From Sphaerodactylus townsendi (Eukaryota), in assembly GCF_021028975.2 (NCBI RefSeq), contig NC_059431.1:101928001-101992000 (forward strand): 64,000 nt of DNA, written 5' to 3'. Under the pieces are notes generated by a model, which ran no database searches, was not told the DNA's origin, and worked only from the letters and a program-made list of their open reading frames with translations. A program made the position numbers and the translations under genes. Of this stretch, positions 52,951 to 64,000 are shown one piece after another (the stretch's first letter is position 1; every line of letters begins with the position of its first letter).

Positions 52951-55276
52951 TCTGGGTTATTTAGAGGCTACCATGCAGGTATATTTTGTACTAGAATAGC
53001 ACCTGGATCCCTTAGGCCAAATCTGGCTCCATGGGGGATCATGCGTGTATAGAAACAGTAAGGTAGTCTATAGAACGTCCTGGCAGGTCACAGGTGTTGA
53101 GGGTGAAGACTGGAGAATTGGCTCAGTTCTTCCACCTCTCCTCAAGTGGAAGAGGTCGCTGCAGACTTGCAGGCGACCCTGGCTATGGAGCAGGACTTTA
53201 GAAATTCAACTGATCGAGTTTTGCTTAGGACTGCGCAATCAGTTCCAGAGAAACACCACAGCTGCTGAGCCAGCAACTGCTTTTACAAGGAAGGGGAAAT
53301 GAGAGGCAGGAAATCTTGTCACTGAAAGCAGCTCAGAGAAGCCCTCCTGAATCAGATGAACTGTACACAAGCCTCTAGGCTCCAGCCTCCAAGTGGAGTT
53401 TGGAGCTCTGCCAGAAATGCAGTCTACAAAAATCTGTTTCTCTAGAGAAAATAGATGCTTTGGAAGGTGAACGCCATGCAGTTATGCCCCACTGAGAGTT
53501 CCCCTGTCCCCAAACTTTCTTTTCCCAGGCTTTTCCTCCAAATCTCCAGAAACTGGCTGACCTGGAGTCAGCAATCCTAATTTTAGGCCAGTATAGCTCC
53601 AGGTCTTTGATAACAGGCAAGGATAATGAATTGGGCTTGAAACACACACACAAATAATAGTCTGTGAGCATATGCTGAGTGTCTTTTCCTTTACTGAAGT
53701 CGCTTTTCCATGTATCTGGGCTTTTGACATACAGTGTCTGCTTCTGGCTGAGCCCAGTTAAATTTCACTTGGACTACTTTTTAAAATGGAAAAGAAAAAT
53801 ATTACATCTACGTACTCTGCTAGCTACCCACCTACCCACTTATTTTTCAACCACAAGATCCTCAAAGCAGTGTCTTTTTAATGACAATATCCATTTACTG
53901 TTTCCTTCCAATATATCATCTTCTTGACACTTTGCTGACTCTGTAGTGCTAGTTGCTAAGTGGGGTATGTTTTTGCTGTTCCTCCCCAGAGATCTGCAAA
54001 GCCTTGAGAATTAAAGCAAGGAGGAGGAGTTGCATACAATTAAGGGTTATGTTACAAGCTAATATGGGAGGGCGGGGATATCCCGCCTGTCCCTTTAACA
54101 GAGGCTTAATAGAACATTATTAACTAGGCATTAATTGTTTGCTTTCATGCCACTGAAAAGTTTCAGCTGCCTGTTTCCACACATTAAGCCTCTGTTAAAG
54201 GGACAGGAGGTGGACGTGGCAACTTTAAGCTTTAGACAGCTATTTATTTAATATCCCATTCCTACCTTTCTCCTCACAGGGACCCAAAGTAGCTTTCATT
54301 GTTTTCCTTTCCTCAGTTTTATCCCCACGGCAATACTGTGAGATAGGTTAGATTAACAGTGTGCGACTGGGCCAAGATCACACAGTCCGCTTCCAGGGCA
54401 GAGCAGGAATTTTAACCACCACACCATGCTGGCTGTGAGAAATTATACTGCTCTGGATACCTCCACTTTTTTTTTCACTTAGTGACATGCTAAATGTATT
54501 TATTCGTTTCGATTTTGTTTGTAGCCTACTTTTTCTCCCCAGTGGGGATCCAAAGCAGGTTAAATTGTTCCCCACTCTTCCTTTTTATATTTGCAAAAAC
54601 AACCCTGTGAGGTAGGCTAAGCTGAGAGTGTGTGACTGGCCCAAGGTTGCACAGGAGTCTTCTAGGACAAAAAGGGTCTGGGTCTCCAAGAGCTTAGCCC
54701 AGCTTTGCCCATACACCCCACTGGGGCACGTGACTGCGTGAGCCTATCCTTTTACATACCTTATAAACTGTTTTGGCTTTAAGGTTTTAGTTTGAAGTCC
54801 TAAAAAAACCTGCAAATCAATTTGACCCAAAGACAATGGGTAAAATGAATGTATCTTGAGCTCTGTAACATTGCATTCAAGTCCCTAGAAATCTTTTCCT
54901 CTTTGTGAACTCATTCTTAGATTACAGTAGATCTATACTGCCAGAAGAATGGAGTGCCAAAGGAGGGGCACAGTCTCAGTGGTAGATCAGATTGGCCCAC
55001 TTCAACCAGCAAGAGAGGATTTCACGAATACCATGCAAGCAGAAAAGCATCACATCCGGGAAAAAGAGGAGTGGGCAAGAGCAGGGCAGGCCCAAGGATT
55101 TTTGGCACCCTAAGTAAATGACTTTGCCATCCCTGTTCCATGCCATGGCAAAACTGCCCCCACTGGGCAAGGGCCATGGCTTGTGGTGATGCCACACTGC
55201 TTGATTGGGTCAAACTGGGAAGCAAAAATAGTCCTGGAAAAAATTAGTGCTCCAACCACCACTTCCAAGAAGTGAA

Positions 55277-55545
55277 GGAAGAAGAGAAGAGTTTGGATTT
55301 ATGCTCTGCCTTTCTCCCCATTAAGGAGTCTCAAAGCAGCTCACAGACTCCTTCTCTTCTTCTCCCCACAACAGACACCTTGGGAGGTAGGTGGGGCTGA
55401 GGGGGACTGTGACTACCCCAAGGTCACCCAGCAGGCTTCATGTGGAGGAGCAAGGAAACAAACAAGGAAACAGGTGGAAAAGTGGGGAATCAAACCCAGT
55501 TCTTCAGATTACAGTCCACTGTCCTTAATCACTACACCACGCTGG
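55277..55545 (-). mobile_element. Squam3-like SINE
   Basis: Family motifs. Confidence 0.7.
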
Positions 55546-55824
55546 AAAGAGCATGCTCACCATAGGTCCCCCACTGGGCCAGAAATGCTGCCCAAGGTTA
55601 CCACTTAGTGGAGCAGATCCCAATGCCACAGGTGAATGAAACAGTGAAAGGATTGGTTGTGGCATCACTGCACCTCGGGGCCCAGGGCAGTCACCTAGCT
55701 GTGCCTGATGCATGGACTGGTCCTGGGCCAGAACCCGTGGGCCTAGTATTGTACTCACCTTTCTCCACACAGGTCAGCGTTCAAACTGGGTGACTCCACC
55801 TGCCATCTGAGGGTTGTTCTATTC

Positions 55825-56239
55825 CAGTGATGGTGAACCTTTTCGAGACCGAGTGCCCAAATTGCAACCAAAACCCCACTTATTTATCGCAGTGCCAATA
55901 TGGCAATTTAACCTGAATACTGATAATAATTTAGAAAAAAACAGTTTGGCTCCAAGGCACGCGTTACTCGGGAATAAGCTGGATGAAGCAACCGTGCAAC
56001 ACTTCAAATGGGTGAATCACTACCCTAGGAGGGTTTACTCAGAAGCAAGCCCCATTGTCAGCAACCGAGCTTACTGCCAGGTAAAGGATTGTGCCCAGGC
56101 CAGCCTAGATATGTGTGTGTATGGGGTGTGTGTGTGTGTGATTTTCCGCTCCCCTTACATGACAAACTCTGCACGTGTGCCCACAAAAAAGGCTCTGAGT
56201 GCCACCTCGGGCACCCGTGCCATAGGTTCGCCACCGCTG
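55825..56239 (+). mobile_element. Non-autonomous hAT
   Basis: TIR CAGTGATGGTGAACC/GGTTCGCCACCGCTG; perfect TSD TTCTATTC. Confidence 0.88.
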
Positions 56240-57399
56240 TTCTATTCCCTCAGGCCTTGTTATCACTCTTCTGCCACATGTTCAAACACACTTCAGGAGA
56301 AAGTGGCTGTTTAGCTTCCTACACGCATATTTTAATGGGACTTCACGAGTCTAGCTGTTTTGGCTCTCGCCACCCTAAAGGGTAGGAAGAATCCTGATAC
56401 TGTTCAAGGCAGCTTCTGTCAACAAAAGTTGACAATAGTAAGGGGGCAAGTAAATTATCCCTGGACACTCCACATAGTCATAACTAGATTCAGCATAGAC
56501 AACGACTCTCCAGGGCCATGGGGTAGAATAATGTCAGACATGTGATAACAGCCCACCTAGAGAATTTTATTCAATTTGAAACTAAAAGAACAGAACGTGA
56601 TACCATTTTTCTGTTTTCCATACCACAAAAAACAGCCCTGTGTGCAGATGGGAGTGGACATATATGCAATCCAGGTACAGTGGGGTCTGCTGGATTTTTC
56701 TTTCAGTAATTCCCACATTACTTATGACACATTTACAGCTCGAACATGCAATTAAAAACCTGTTTATCCAGATATGAGGCCTTTGGTTGTATTTTTACAG
56801 TATTTGCATGTCCACTCTTACAAGCAGATAAATACACGTGTGTATTTATTTTTATTTTGTTAAATGTAATACCCCACCCTTTCCTGTAACAAGAACATGT
56901 CTACAAGCAGGGTTGCCAGTTGTGGATTGGGAAACCCCTGGAGATTTTGGGGGGTGAAGACTGAGTAGGGTGGAGTCTGAGGGGAGGGACCTCAGCAGGA
57001 CCTAACGCCACTCCCTCTTCCGAAGTGGCCATTTTCTCCAGAGGAATTGATGTTGTTCCCCAAGAGATCAATTGAAGCCGCGGGAGATTGCCAGATGTTA
57101 CCTGGCAGTTGGGAACCCTAGCTACAGATTCGTGCAGTTAGTGCTGCCTGTTTTCCACACGCAAGGCTACAAAGTGGCACGTGTAAATGCGCCTAGTTCA
57201 GCTCTTTCAGAATGTGCGTTTTTCACGCAGATCACGCCACCATTGTGTAAAAGGACACCCCCCCCCCCCCACCTCCCCGGGTTCAAAACTGTCCAAGAAC
57301 ACTTAGAAGGGTCAGGATTGATTGAATGGACAAGACTGAGCAGATCCAAGCCACGCCCCTTCTCTGTCCCCCTCCCTCCCTGCACCGTCAGCAGCCCAA

Positions 57400-57809
57400 A
57401 CGAGGCGCGAGGGAGGGGAAGGAACGCGCGCTGATTGGCCACGACCCTTCTTCGGAGAGAGCTGGAGAGGGGGAGACGAGCAGTCACGTTGGTTGGGCAG
57501 CGTGTTTCATAAAGCCCGCCTGCCCTAGGCGACGATTGGCTCTCGGACGCCCCCGGTCTTCATGTGATTGGTGGATTCTTCTCGTCGATCAGATAACTTT
57601 CCGGGGACGTGAGGGGAAGAGGGCGGAGGGAGAAGCTTGACGGGCTGAGAGAGAAAACGGCTCGTGGAGGCCGGAAGTAGTGAGCGTCGCCTTCTGCCAC
57701 CTCTCCCTCGGGATCCGTTAAACGGCCGATTCCGCTTCTTCGAGCTCGACTTTTCCTAGTCCGCCCGCGGCCGTTGCGTCGGTTGGCTCCACCCCTCCCT
57801 CTGTCGCCC
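57400..57809 (+). promoter_or_regulatory. CLTA CpG-island promoter and 5' UTR
   Basis: CpG-rich; three inverted CCAAT (GATTGG) boxes at about 57433, 57534 and 57566; ETS/GABP site CCGGAAGT at 57671-57678. Confidence 0.75.
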
Positions 57810-58023
57810 ATGGCCGAGTTCGATCTGTTCGGCGCGCCCCAGCCGGCGGGCAACGGGATGCTGGGCGGCGGGGAGGAAGACCCGGCCGCCGCCTTCCTGG
57901 CCCAGCAGGAGAACGAGATCGCGGGCATCGAGAACGATGAAGGCTACAACATCCTTCAGAACGGCGAAGGCTTCAACATCCTGGAGAACGGCGAGGTGCC
58001 GGCGGGGATGCAAGGCGCCGAAG
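57810..58023 (+). CDS. CLTA: Clathrin light chain A exon 1; later exons not found in the window
   Basis: gcccATGG start; CON motif EEDPAAAFLAQQENEIAGIEND; donor G|gtgagg; CLTA rather than CLTB by the downstream ILxxG segment and synteny with CCIN/RNF38. Confidence 0.92.
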
Positions 58024-58977
58024 GTGAGGATCAGCAGGTTCACACGTGCAGGACTTTTCACGTGATGGCGGGAGGAGGGAGCCAATGTGCGTGAGCCCGC
58101 AGAGCGCCTCCCCTGCCTCTGCACGCAGAGGGCTTTCAAGTCTGTTTGAAACCCAGGTCTCTTTCCACCAGCCCGTCCACACGTTCTAGAGTCGTCCTAG
58201 GAAGACCGTGACACGAATCCGCCACAGATTAGCTAGTCTGGTCTTGAGCAAATCGCCTCTGGCCTCGGCGTCCCTTCAGCCTGGTCTACCCGGCTCTTTC
58301 TCCTTGCATTTTCGCAACAATCCTGTGTGATGGTAAAATGGGTTGCTCTATTTCTAAATGCAAGGAGGGACACACTTTACATGCTTCCCCCTTATAGAAA
58401 TATTGCCGTTTGCAATTTTGTTGGCCTCCCTTCTCTCTTTCCATCCCCTTTTTTCTTATACGGGCTTGGGGGGGTGGGTGGGATCACCTCTCTTGGGCAT
58501 GTTTTAGCACCATAAGTTAACTTGTTTTATACATGACTGATACCTTTGAGTTTGATTTTTTAAAATTTAAATGATATTTATTTGTAAATTACGATTACAT
58601 GTATTGGAAGCCGCTCGGAGCCTTCTTAGGGCGTCAAATCCAACATATAATTGTAATAATCTTTGTGGGAGAGGCTCCAACCTTAGCCTGTTTTACTTTG
58701 TGCTGGTTTTCCACTTTATAGGGAATTAGTGAGGTAGGGGGACTGTAGCAAATGTAGTGTAAAATGTTATAGACATGTCTTTCCCTTCTTTAATTCACCA
58801 CCTCCTTCTTTTGTCTGTGTAGATCAGGCCTGAATGCAGGAAAGTGAGTCCATAAGATTCTGAAGTGGTGGAATGACCAGTGCTGCTTCCTCCCGGGGGG
58901 TTTCTCATTTTTAGTCCTCTTTTGTAACACAAATTCTTATCCTATGAAACTGCCTTATACCAAATCAGACCATTGGT

Positions 58978-59400
58978 CATAAGAACATAAGAACTAGCCT
59001 GCTGGATCAGACCAGAGTCCATCTAGTCCAGCACTCTGCTACTTGCAGTGGCCCACCAGGTGCCTTTGGGAGCTCACATGCAGGAGGTGAAAGCAATGGC
59101 CTGCTGCTGCTGCTCCTGAGCACCTGGTCTGCTAAGGCATTTGCAATCTGAGATCAAGGAGGATCAAGATTGGTAGCCATAGATCGACTTCTCCTCCATA
59201 AATCTGTCCAAGCCCTTTTTAAAGCTATCCAGGTTAGTGACCATCACCACCTCCTGTGGCAGCATATTCCAAACACCAATCACACGTTGCGTGAAGAAGT
59301 GTTTCCTTTTATTAGTCCTAATTCTTCCCCCCAGCATTTTCAATGAATGCCCCCTGGTTCTAGTATTGTGAGAAAGAGAGAAAAATTTCTCTCTGTCAAC
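58978..59400 (-). mobile_element. CR1-like LINE 3' fragment
   Basis: (CATAAGAA)n octamer tail, i.e. (TTCTTATG)n on the minus strand; TCACAATACTAGAACCAGGGGGCATTCATTGAAA on the minus strand. Confidence 0.75.
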
Positions 59401-60127
59401 TGGTCCATTCAGGCCAGTATTATCGCTTCAGACTGACAGTGCTGTCCACCAGTATTTCAGGCAGAGGTCACTCACATTACCAGCAGCTTAATCCTGGTAA
59501 CTGGAACGCCAGGGAATGACTTAACCTGGGATCTTCTGCAAGCTATACAGACAGTCTGGATTACCTGTCTACCAAGCAAATGCTTGGCTACTTTGGCTCC
59601 TCCCTCTCTGCAACCCCCTTCCTAAAATAGAATAAAATGGGGGGCAGAATCTCTGTTTGCAAGCAGAAGGTCCCACATTCAATCCTCAGCATTCCCCATT
59701 CAGAAGAATAGATAGGTGATAGGCCTCTGCCTAGCCCTGGACGCCCACTTATTGCCTGTTTGAGTAAAGATAATATAGACTTCTGGTTATAAAGCAGTTT
59801 TGGGTGTCCATGGGAGTGTTATTGCCTAGACTTTGTATGCTGTGTGTGTTTGAACATGGGAGATCCTCAACACGCAATCCATCGTCTGCTGTGGTTGTAC
59901 AATGCCTCTTCTGATCCGCAATGCAGGAATATTAGGTCAAAATATTACTGCAAGAATGTCTGCTTGCAGCAGAGAGACTGAGTGAATTCACCCAGTGATG
60001 ATTTGAGAAAGTAGTCCATCTGGCCTCTCCCCCTTACCATTGAAAACGCAGCTCAATCATTGATAATTTGTTTTCTTGTTAAGGGTTCCCTAAAACCTCC
60101 TTCCTGAAATAAGCAGCCCAATCCTGC

Positions 60128-60415
60128 CTAATGGTGTAGTGGTTAAGAGCAGGTGGACTTTAATCTGGGGGACTGGGTTTCATTCCCCACTCCTCCATAT
60201 GAGTGGCAGACTCTTATCTGCGAAATTGGATTTGTACCCACTCTCCTCCATATGAAGCCTGCTTGATGACCTTGGGCTTATTCACAGTTCTCTCAGAACT
60301 CTCTCAACCCTACCTCCCAAGGTGTCTGTTGTGGGGAAAGGAAGAGAAGAAATTTGCAAGCCACTTTCGACTTCTTATTGTTGGAGAAAAGCGGGATGTA
60401 AATCCAAACATTTTC
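60128..60415 (+). mobile_element. Squam3-like SINE
   Basis: A/B boxes and core. Confidence 0.7.
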
Positions 60416-62268
60416 TGATAGGAAGGCTTGCCTTGAAATAAACCATTGAGAAAATGCATGGGGGTTGAATGGACAACTGTAGCTTGGGGAGTGCATTGTA
60501 CGCTTTCTTTACCGTGAGTTTATTTTTCTCTCTATGATCTCTGTCTACTCTCCCCTCCCCCTCCCCGTTTCACTAATTTACCTGAATGTCGCTATCTGTT
60601 TAAAGGAAAGGATTCCTTGAGTAGGAAGTAACTTCTTGCAACCTTACCTGATACTGTACTGAGAGGAGGCTGAGAAGAGTCATGCTTTAGTGAGGAGGTG
60701 AGACCGGAGGAGCTATCTGAGTCCAGACTATAGTTTCATTCAATACTACACAATGTTGCTGTTAAACTGTGCTACACACCTCACCTAAAAATAATACTTT
60801 TGGGCTTTGCAAAAACACATGTTATGTTAAATTTAATTTATATACCGCCCTCCCCCCGAAGGGCTCAGAGCGGTGAACAAATGCAAATAATAATACAACC
60901 AATAATACATGATAGATACAATACATCAGAACAAAATACCTAACAGAAACTCAATAGCTCTTAGCAATATCTAATATCAGGTTAACATTAACACAATTCA
61001 CCACAGTAATTTAACATCCACATAATAAACATCATTAACAGGTTCAACATCATTTCTTAACTATACCACATAATAATATTCATAACGTAGAACATCAACA
61101 ACAAAACCACATAACATCTGCACAGGTGTATATAACAACATACTTATTAATCCTTATAACCAACAATAGAACCCATCCCACAATAGAACAAATTTTTTAA
61201 CTTGACAGTAATAACAAAAAATCAGATGGCGACTTCCTCTAAAATCATGCTTGGTTCCTCCCAGTATCTGCAAGTATTTACACAGGCCAAGCTCATCTTA
61301 CTCTGCGATGTTTTTAGAGAGAAACAGTGTGATCCTAAGCAGAATCGCATCCTTCTAAGACCGCTGACTTCAGTGGACTTAGAAAGTTGTCCCTTTGTTT
61401 AGGATTGCACTGTGTGGTGTTTTTTGTTAATGTGCTTTGGTCTCATCCAACATGAGCCTAATAACACATCCAAATTGACACAGTGAGTGCAATTGAAGCA
61501 GATCATTCATGGACAGGTGGAAGTGACTGCTACTCTGGGGTGCAGCGTGGCTAGGATTGCATATATGGCTTTGCAGTTGTGGACTGAATCGTGCTGGGTT
61601 CATGTCCCAGTGATGGAACTGGCCCTCCCACTTGAAACACCTCCTTTAATCTCATTGTGATGGTTTAGCTATGGGAAGGATCCATAATAGTTTGAGACAT
61701 CTGGTAGAAAAGTAGGTCAGCTTGCTTTGGGGGGGGGGGGGGCTTCTCCCACAAGCTCTTTGAGATGTTTTGTTGCATCCTGATGATTTTCAGAGATTAA
61801 GGGGGAGGGACTGTGGCTTAGTTGTAGGACGCCTGCTTTGCTTGCCGGCATCTTGGTTTCGTCCCCAGCGTCTCCAGGTAGAAGGGTCAAGCAGTCGTTC
61901 CTGTGAAAGAGATGCTGCCAACCTGACACTTTGGAGAGCCACTGCCGGTCTGAGTAGACAATACTGACCTTGGTGCGCCACTGGTTTAATTCAGTGTCGT
62001 GTACCTTCATGTGTCCATGTGAGTGTGAAATAGATCAGAATTCACAGGGTCAGTCAATGAACTAGCTCAGTGCTGCGGTTCTTAACGTTCCGTGTCTTCA
62101 TTCAGACTGCAAGTCTCTTCAGTAAACACATGCCAACCTTTCTGTCATACAAAGTGTACAGGATGGCTTCCATCAGGAGGAAAGAATTGGGATAAAGATG
62201 CTAACTCTTCTTTTTTGGAGATTCTCTGCAAAGTTCTAACTTTTGTGCAGCCTGTTCTAATGTACTTT

Positions 62269-62571
62269 AGAAGAAGAAGAAGAGTTTGGATTTATATCCC
62301 CCCCTTTCTCTCCTGCGGGAGACTCAAAGGGGCTTACAATCTCCTTGCCCTTCCCCCCTCACAAAAAACACCCTGTGAGGTGGGTGGGGCTGAGAGAGCT
62401 CCGAGAGGCTGTGACTAGCCCAAAGTCACCCAGTTGGCGTGTGTGGGAGTGCACAGGCTAATCTGAATTCCCCAGATAAACCTCCACACCTCAGGCGGCA
62501 GAACTGGGAATCAAACCCAGTTCCTCCAGATTAGATATACAAGCTCTTAACCTCCTACGCCGCTGCTGCTT
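62269..62571 (-). mobile_element. Squam3-like SINE, young full-length copy
   Basis: Near-identical to 702-988. Confidence 0.8.
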
Positions 62572-64000
62572 TAGCATTCCACTTGCAGGCCGCCTCTGGG
62601 TGAATGATAATTGCAACCCTAAGTCTTCTCCTATAAGCAGTTGGGATCGCTTTGTATAAAATTATGATGGGCGCTGGGAGAAGTGAAAAATCCCGAAGCT
62701 ACAATCCTAAGGACTCTTGTTAGAGATCAAGTCCTGTGGAAGGTGGAGCTTTCCTGCAACGATAAATAATAGTTTCCACCCGTACAGATTCACGTAAGCT
62801 AGCCAAAAGAGCAGTCCTGTCATTTGGTTTTTCAAATTAGCTTCAGTGTCCCATAGATGTTAAATTCAGTCTTTCTAGATAAGTGCATATCCCTCCCCTT
62901 ATTTTTAGAAAAACCTGTTGTGGTTAAAACATCACTGAAAGTAGAAATGGTTTTTCCAGTTTGGGGTGTGGGGTTCATGTGTGAAATCTGGGTGGGCTTA
63001 AATTCTGGATAAGAGTTGTTAATGGTGTCTGAAATCCTTGGGATTATAGGTTATCTTGTCTGTAAGAGAACGAGCGAGTCTTCCATTCTGGCATGTTTAA
63101 AGGTCCCACACTGTGCCCTTATTTCTCAGTTCAAAAAAGCGAACTACTGATTTGGGCTGTTGGTTTCATCAGAAAAAGTGGCATTTAGAAACATACTTTC
63201 TGGAAACAATGAGGCCCACTTCTGAAAAGAAATACTGTATTAGTACACAGTTATTTAGATCAAAATGCTCTCTGATCAACTAGATCTGGGAATCAGTTGT
63301 CCTGTATTCACATTTCTTTCCAGCTGCTGGCTTTATAGGATAGGTAAGAAATGCAAAATTAATCTATGTAGACAAGAATGGCGAAGAGCTCGGCTGAATT
63401 GTTTTTGAGATGGAAATATCACTCCGAATGTGGAGGGCTGAGAGTGAGCGTGGTGTAGCGGTTAAGAGTGATCGACTGAAACCTGGAGAACTCGGTTCCA
63501 TTTCCACTCCTTCACATGTAACCTGCTGGATGACCTTGGGAGACTCTCAGTTTTCTCAGAACTCTCTCAGCCCATTTGGAGGCAGGCAACGGCAACCCAT
63601 TTTGGAACGTCTCCTGCCTTGAAAGGCCTGCTGGGTAGCCAGAAGTCAGCTGTGACTTGACAGCACATGCACATATGCGCATGCATTCTACAGTCATGGT
63701 GCCACTGAGAGCTTTGTGTGGGTGCTGTGGAATCACAAGGAGCCCATAATTGATGAAGTGTCATGTTTAATAGTCCTGCTCAACCATGGTGCAGTATAGC
63801 CTTAAACGTTGCTTTCATCATAAACCCCATTTCTTCACACCTATCACTAGCTGAGTGGTTTGCAGACTTGTGTTCCAGCAAATTTGGGGGTTCTTCAGTG
63901 AGAGGGACTAAATCTGGTCATGGTTGCAGTTATAGCTCTTGTTCGGAAACAGGCAGCTGTTAAGGGACATCGTCCTCCGGAGGCCTTCACGGGACTTAAC

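Noticed and set aside
57431-57443. ERSE-II-like ATTGGCCACG in the CLTA promoter
   Set aside because: Lacks the 1-nt spacer of ATTGG-N-CCACG; treated as a plain inverted CCAAT box
58024-64000. CLTA exon 2 or a nested gene in intron 1
   Set aside because: No convincing match to the expected short DAVDGVMNG-type exon or to any other protein; probably lies beyond the window

Overview
Vertebrate genomic DNA, most likely a squamate and probably a gecko, judged from the tRNA/CORE-type SINE with a CTT tail plus CR1, L2, RTE, Penelope and many hAT MITEs. Two assembly gaps. Gene order: RNF38 3' end (+; last three coding exons and a long 3' UTR), TRIM14 (+; 6 coding exons, 501 aa), NANS (-; 6 coding exons, 359 aa), CCIN/calicin (+; single-exon CDS, 591 aa) and CLTA exon 1 (+). 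All exon models were built by hand from GT/AG boundaries and stay in frame. Gene and repeat-family names rest on recalled sequences, not database searches. Main observations: (1) TRIM14 has an extra intact N-terminal B-box type 1 that I do not recall in the human protein; (2) two Penelope-like inverted-repeat hairpins in TRIM14 introns carry degenerate hammerhead-ribozyme cores; (3) inverted repeat pairs bracket TRIM14 exons 3-5; (4) a near-perfect MITE hairpin sits in the presumed RNF38 3' UTR; (5) CLTA has a 27-nt in-frame duplication next to its conserved CON motif; (6) NANS/TRIM14 are linked to CCIN/CLTA/RNF38, unlike human; (7) a hairpin MITE core occurs with several interchangeable termini, alongside SPIN- and OC1-like elements. 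I did not find an unambiguous new biological system; these are candidates to test.
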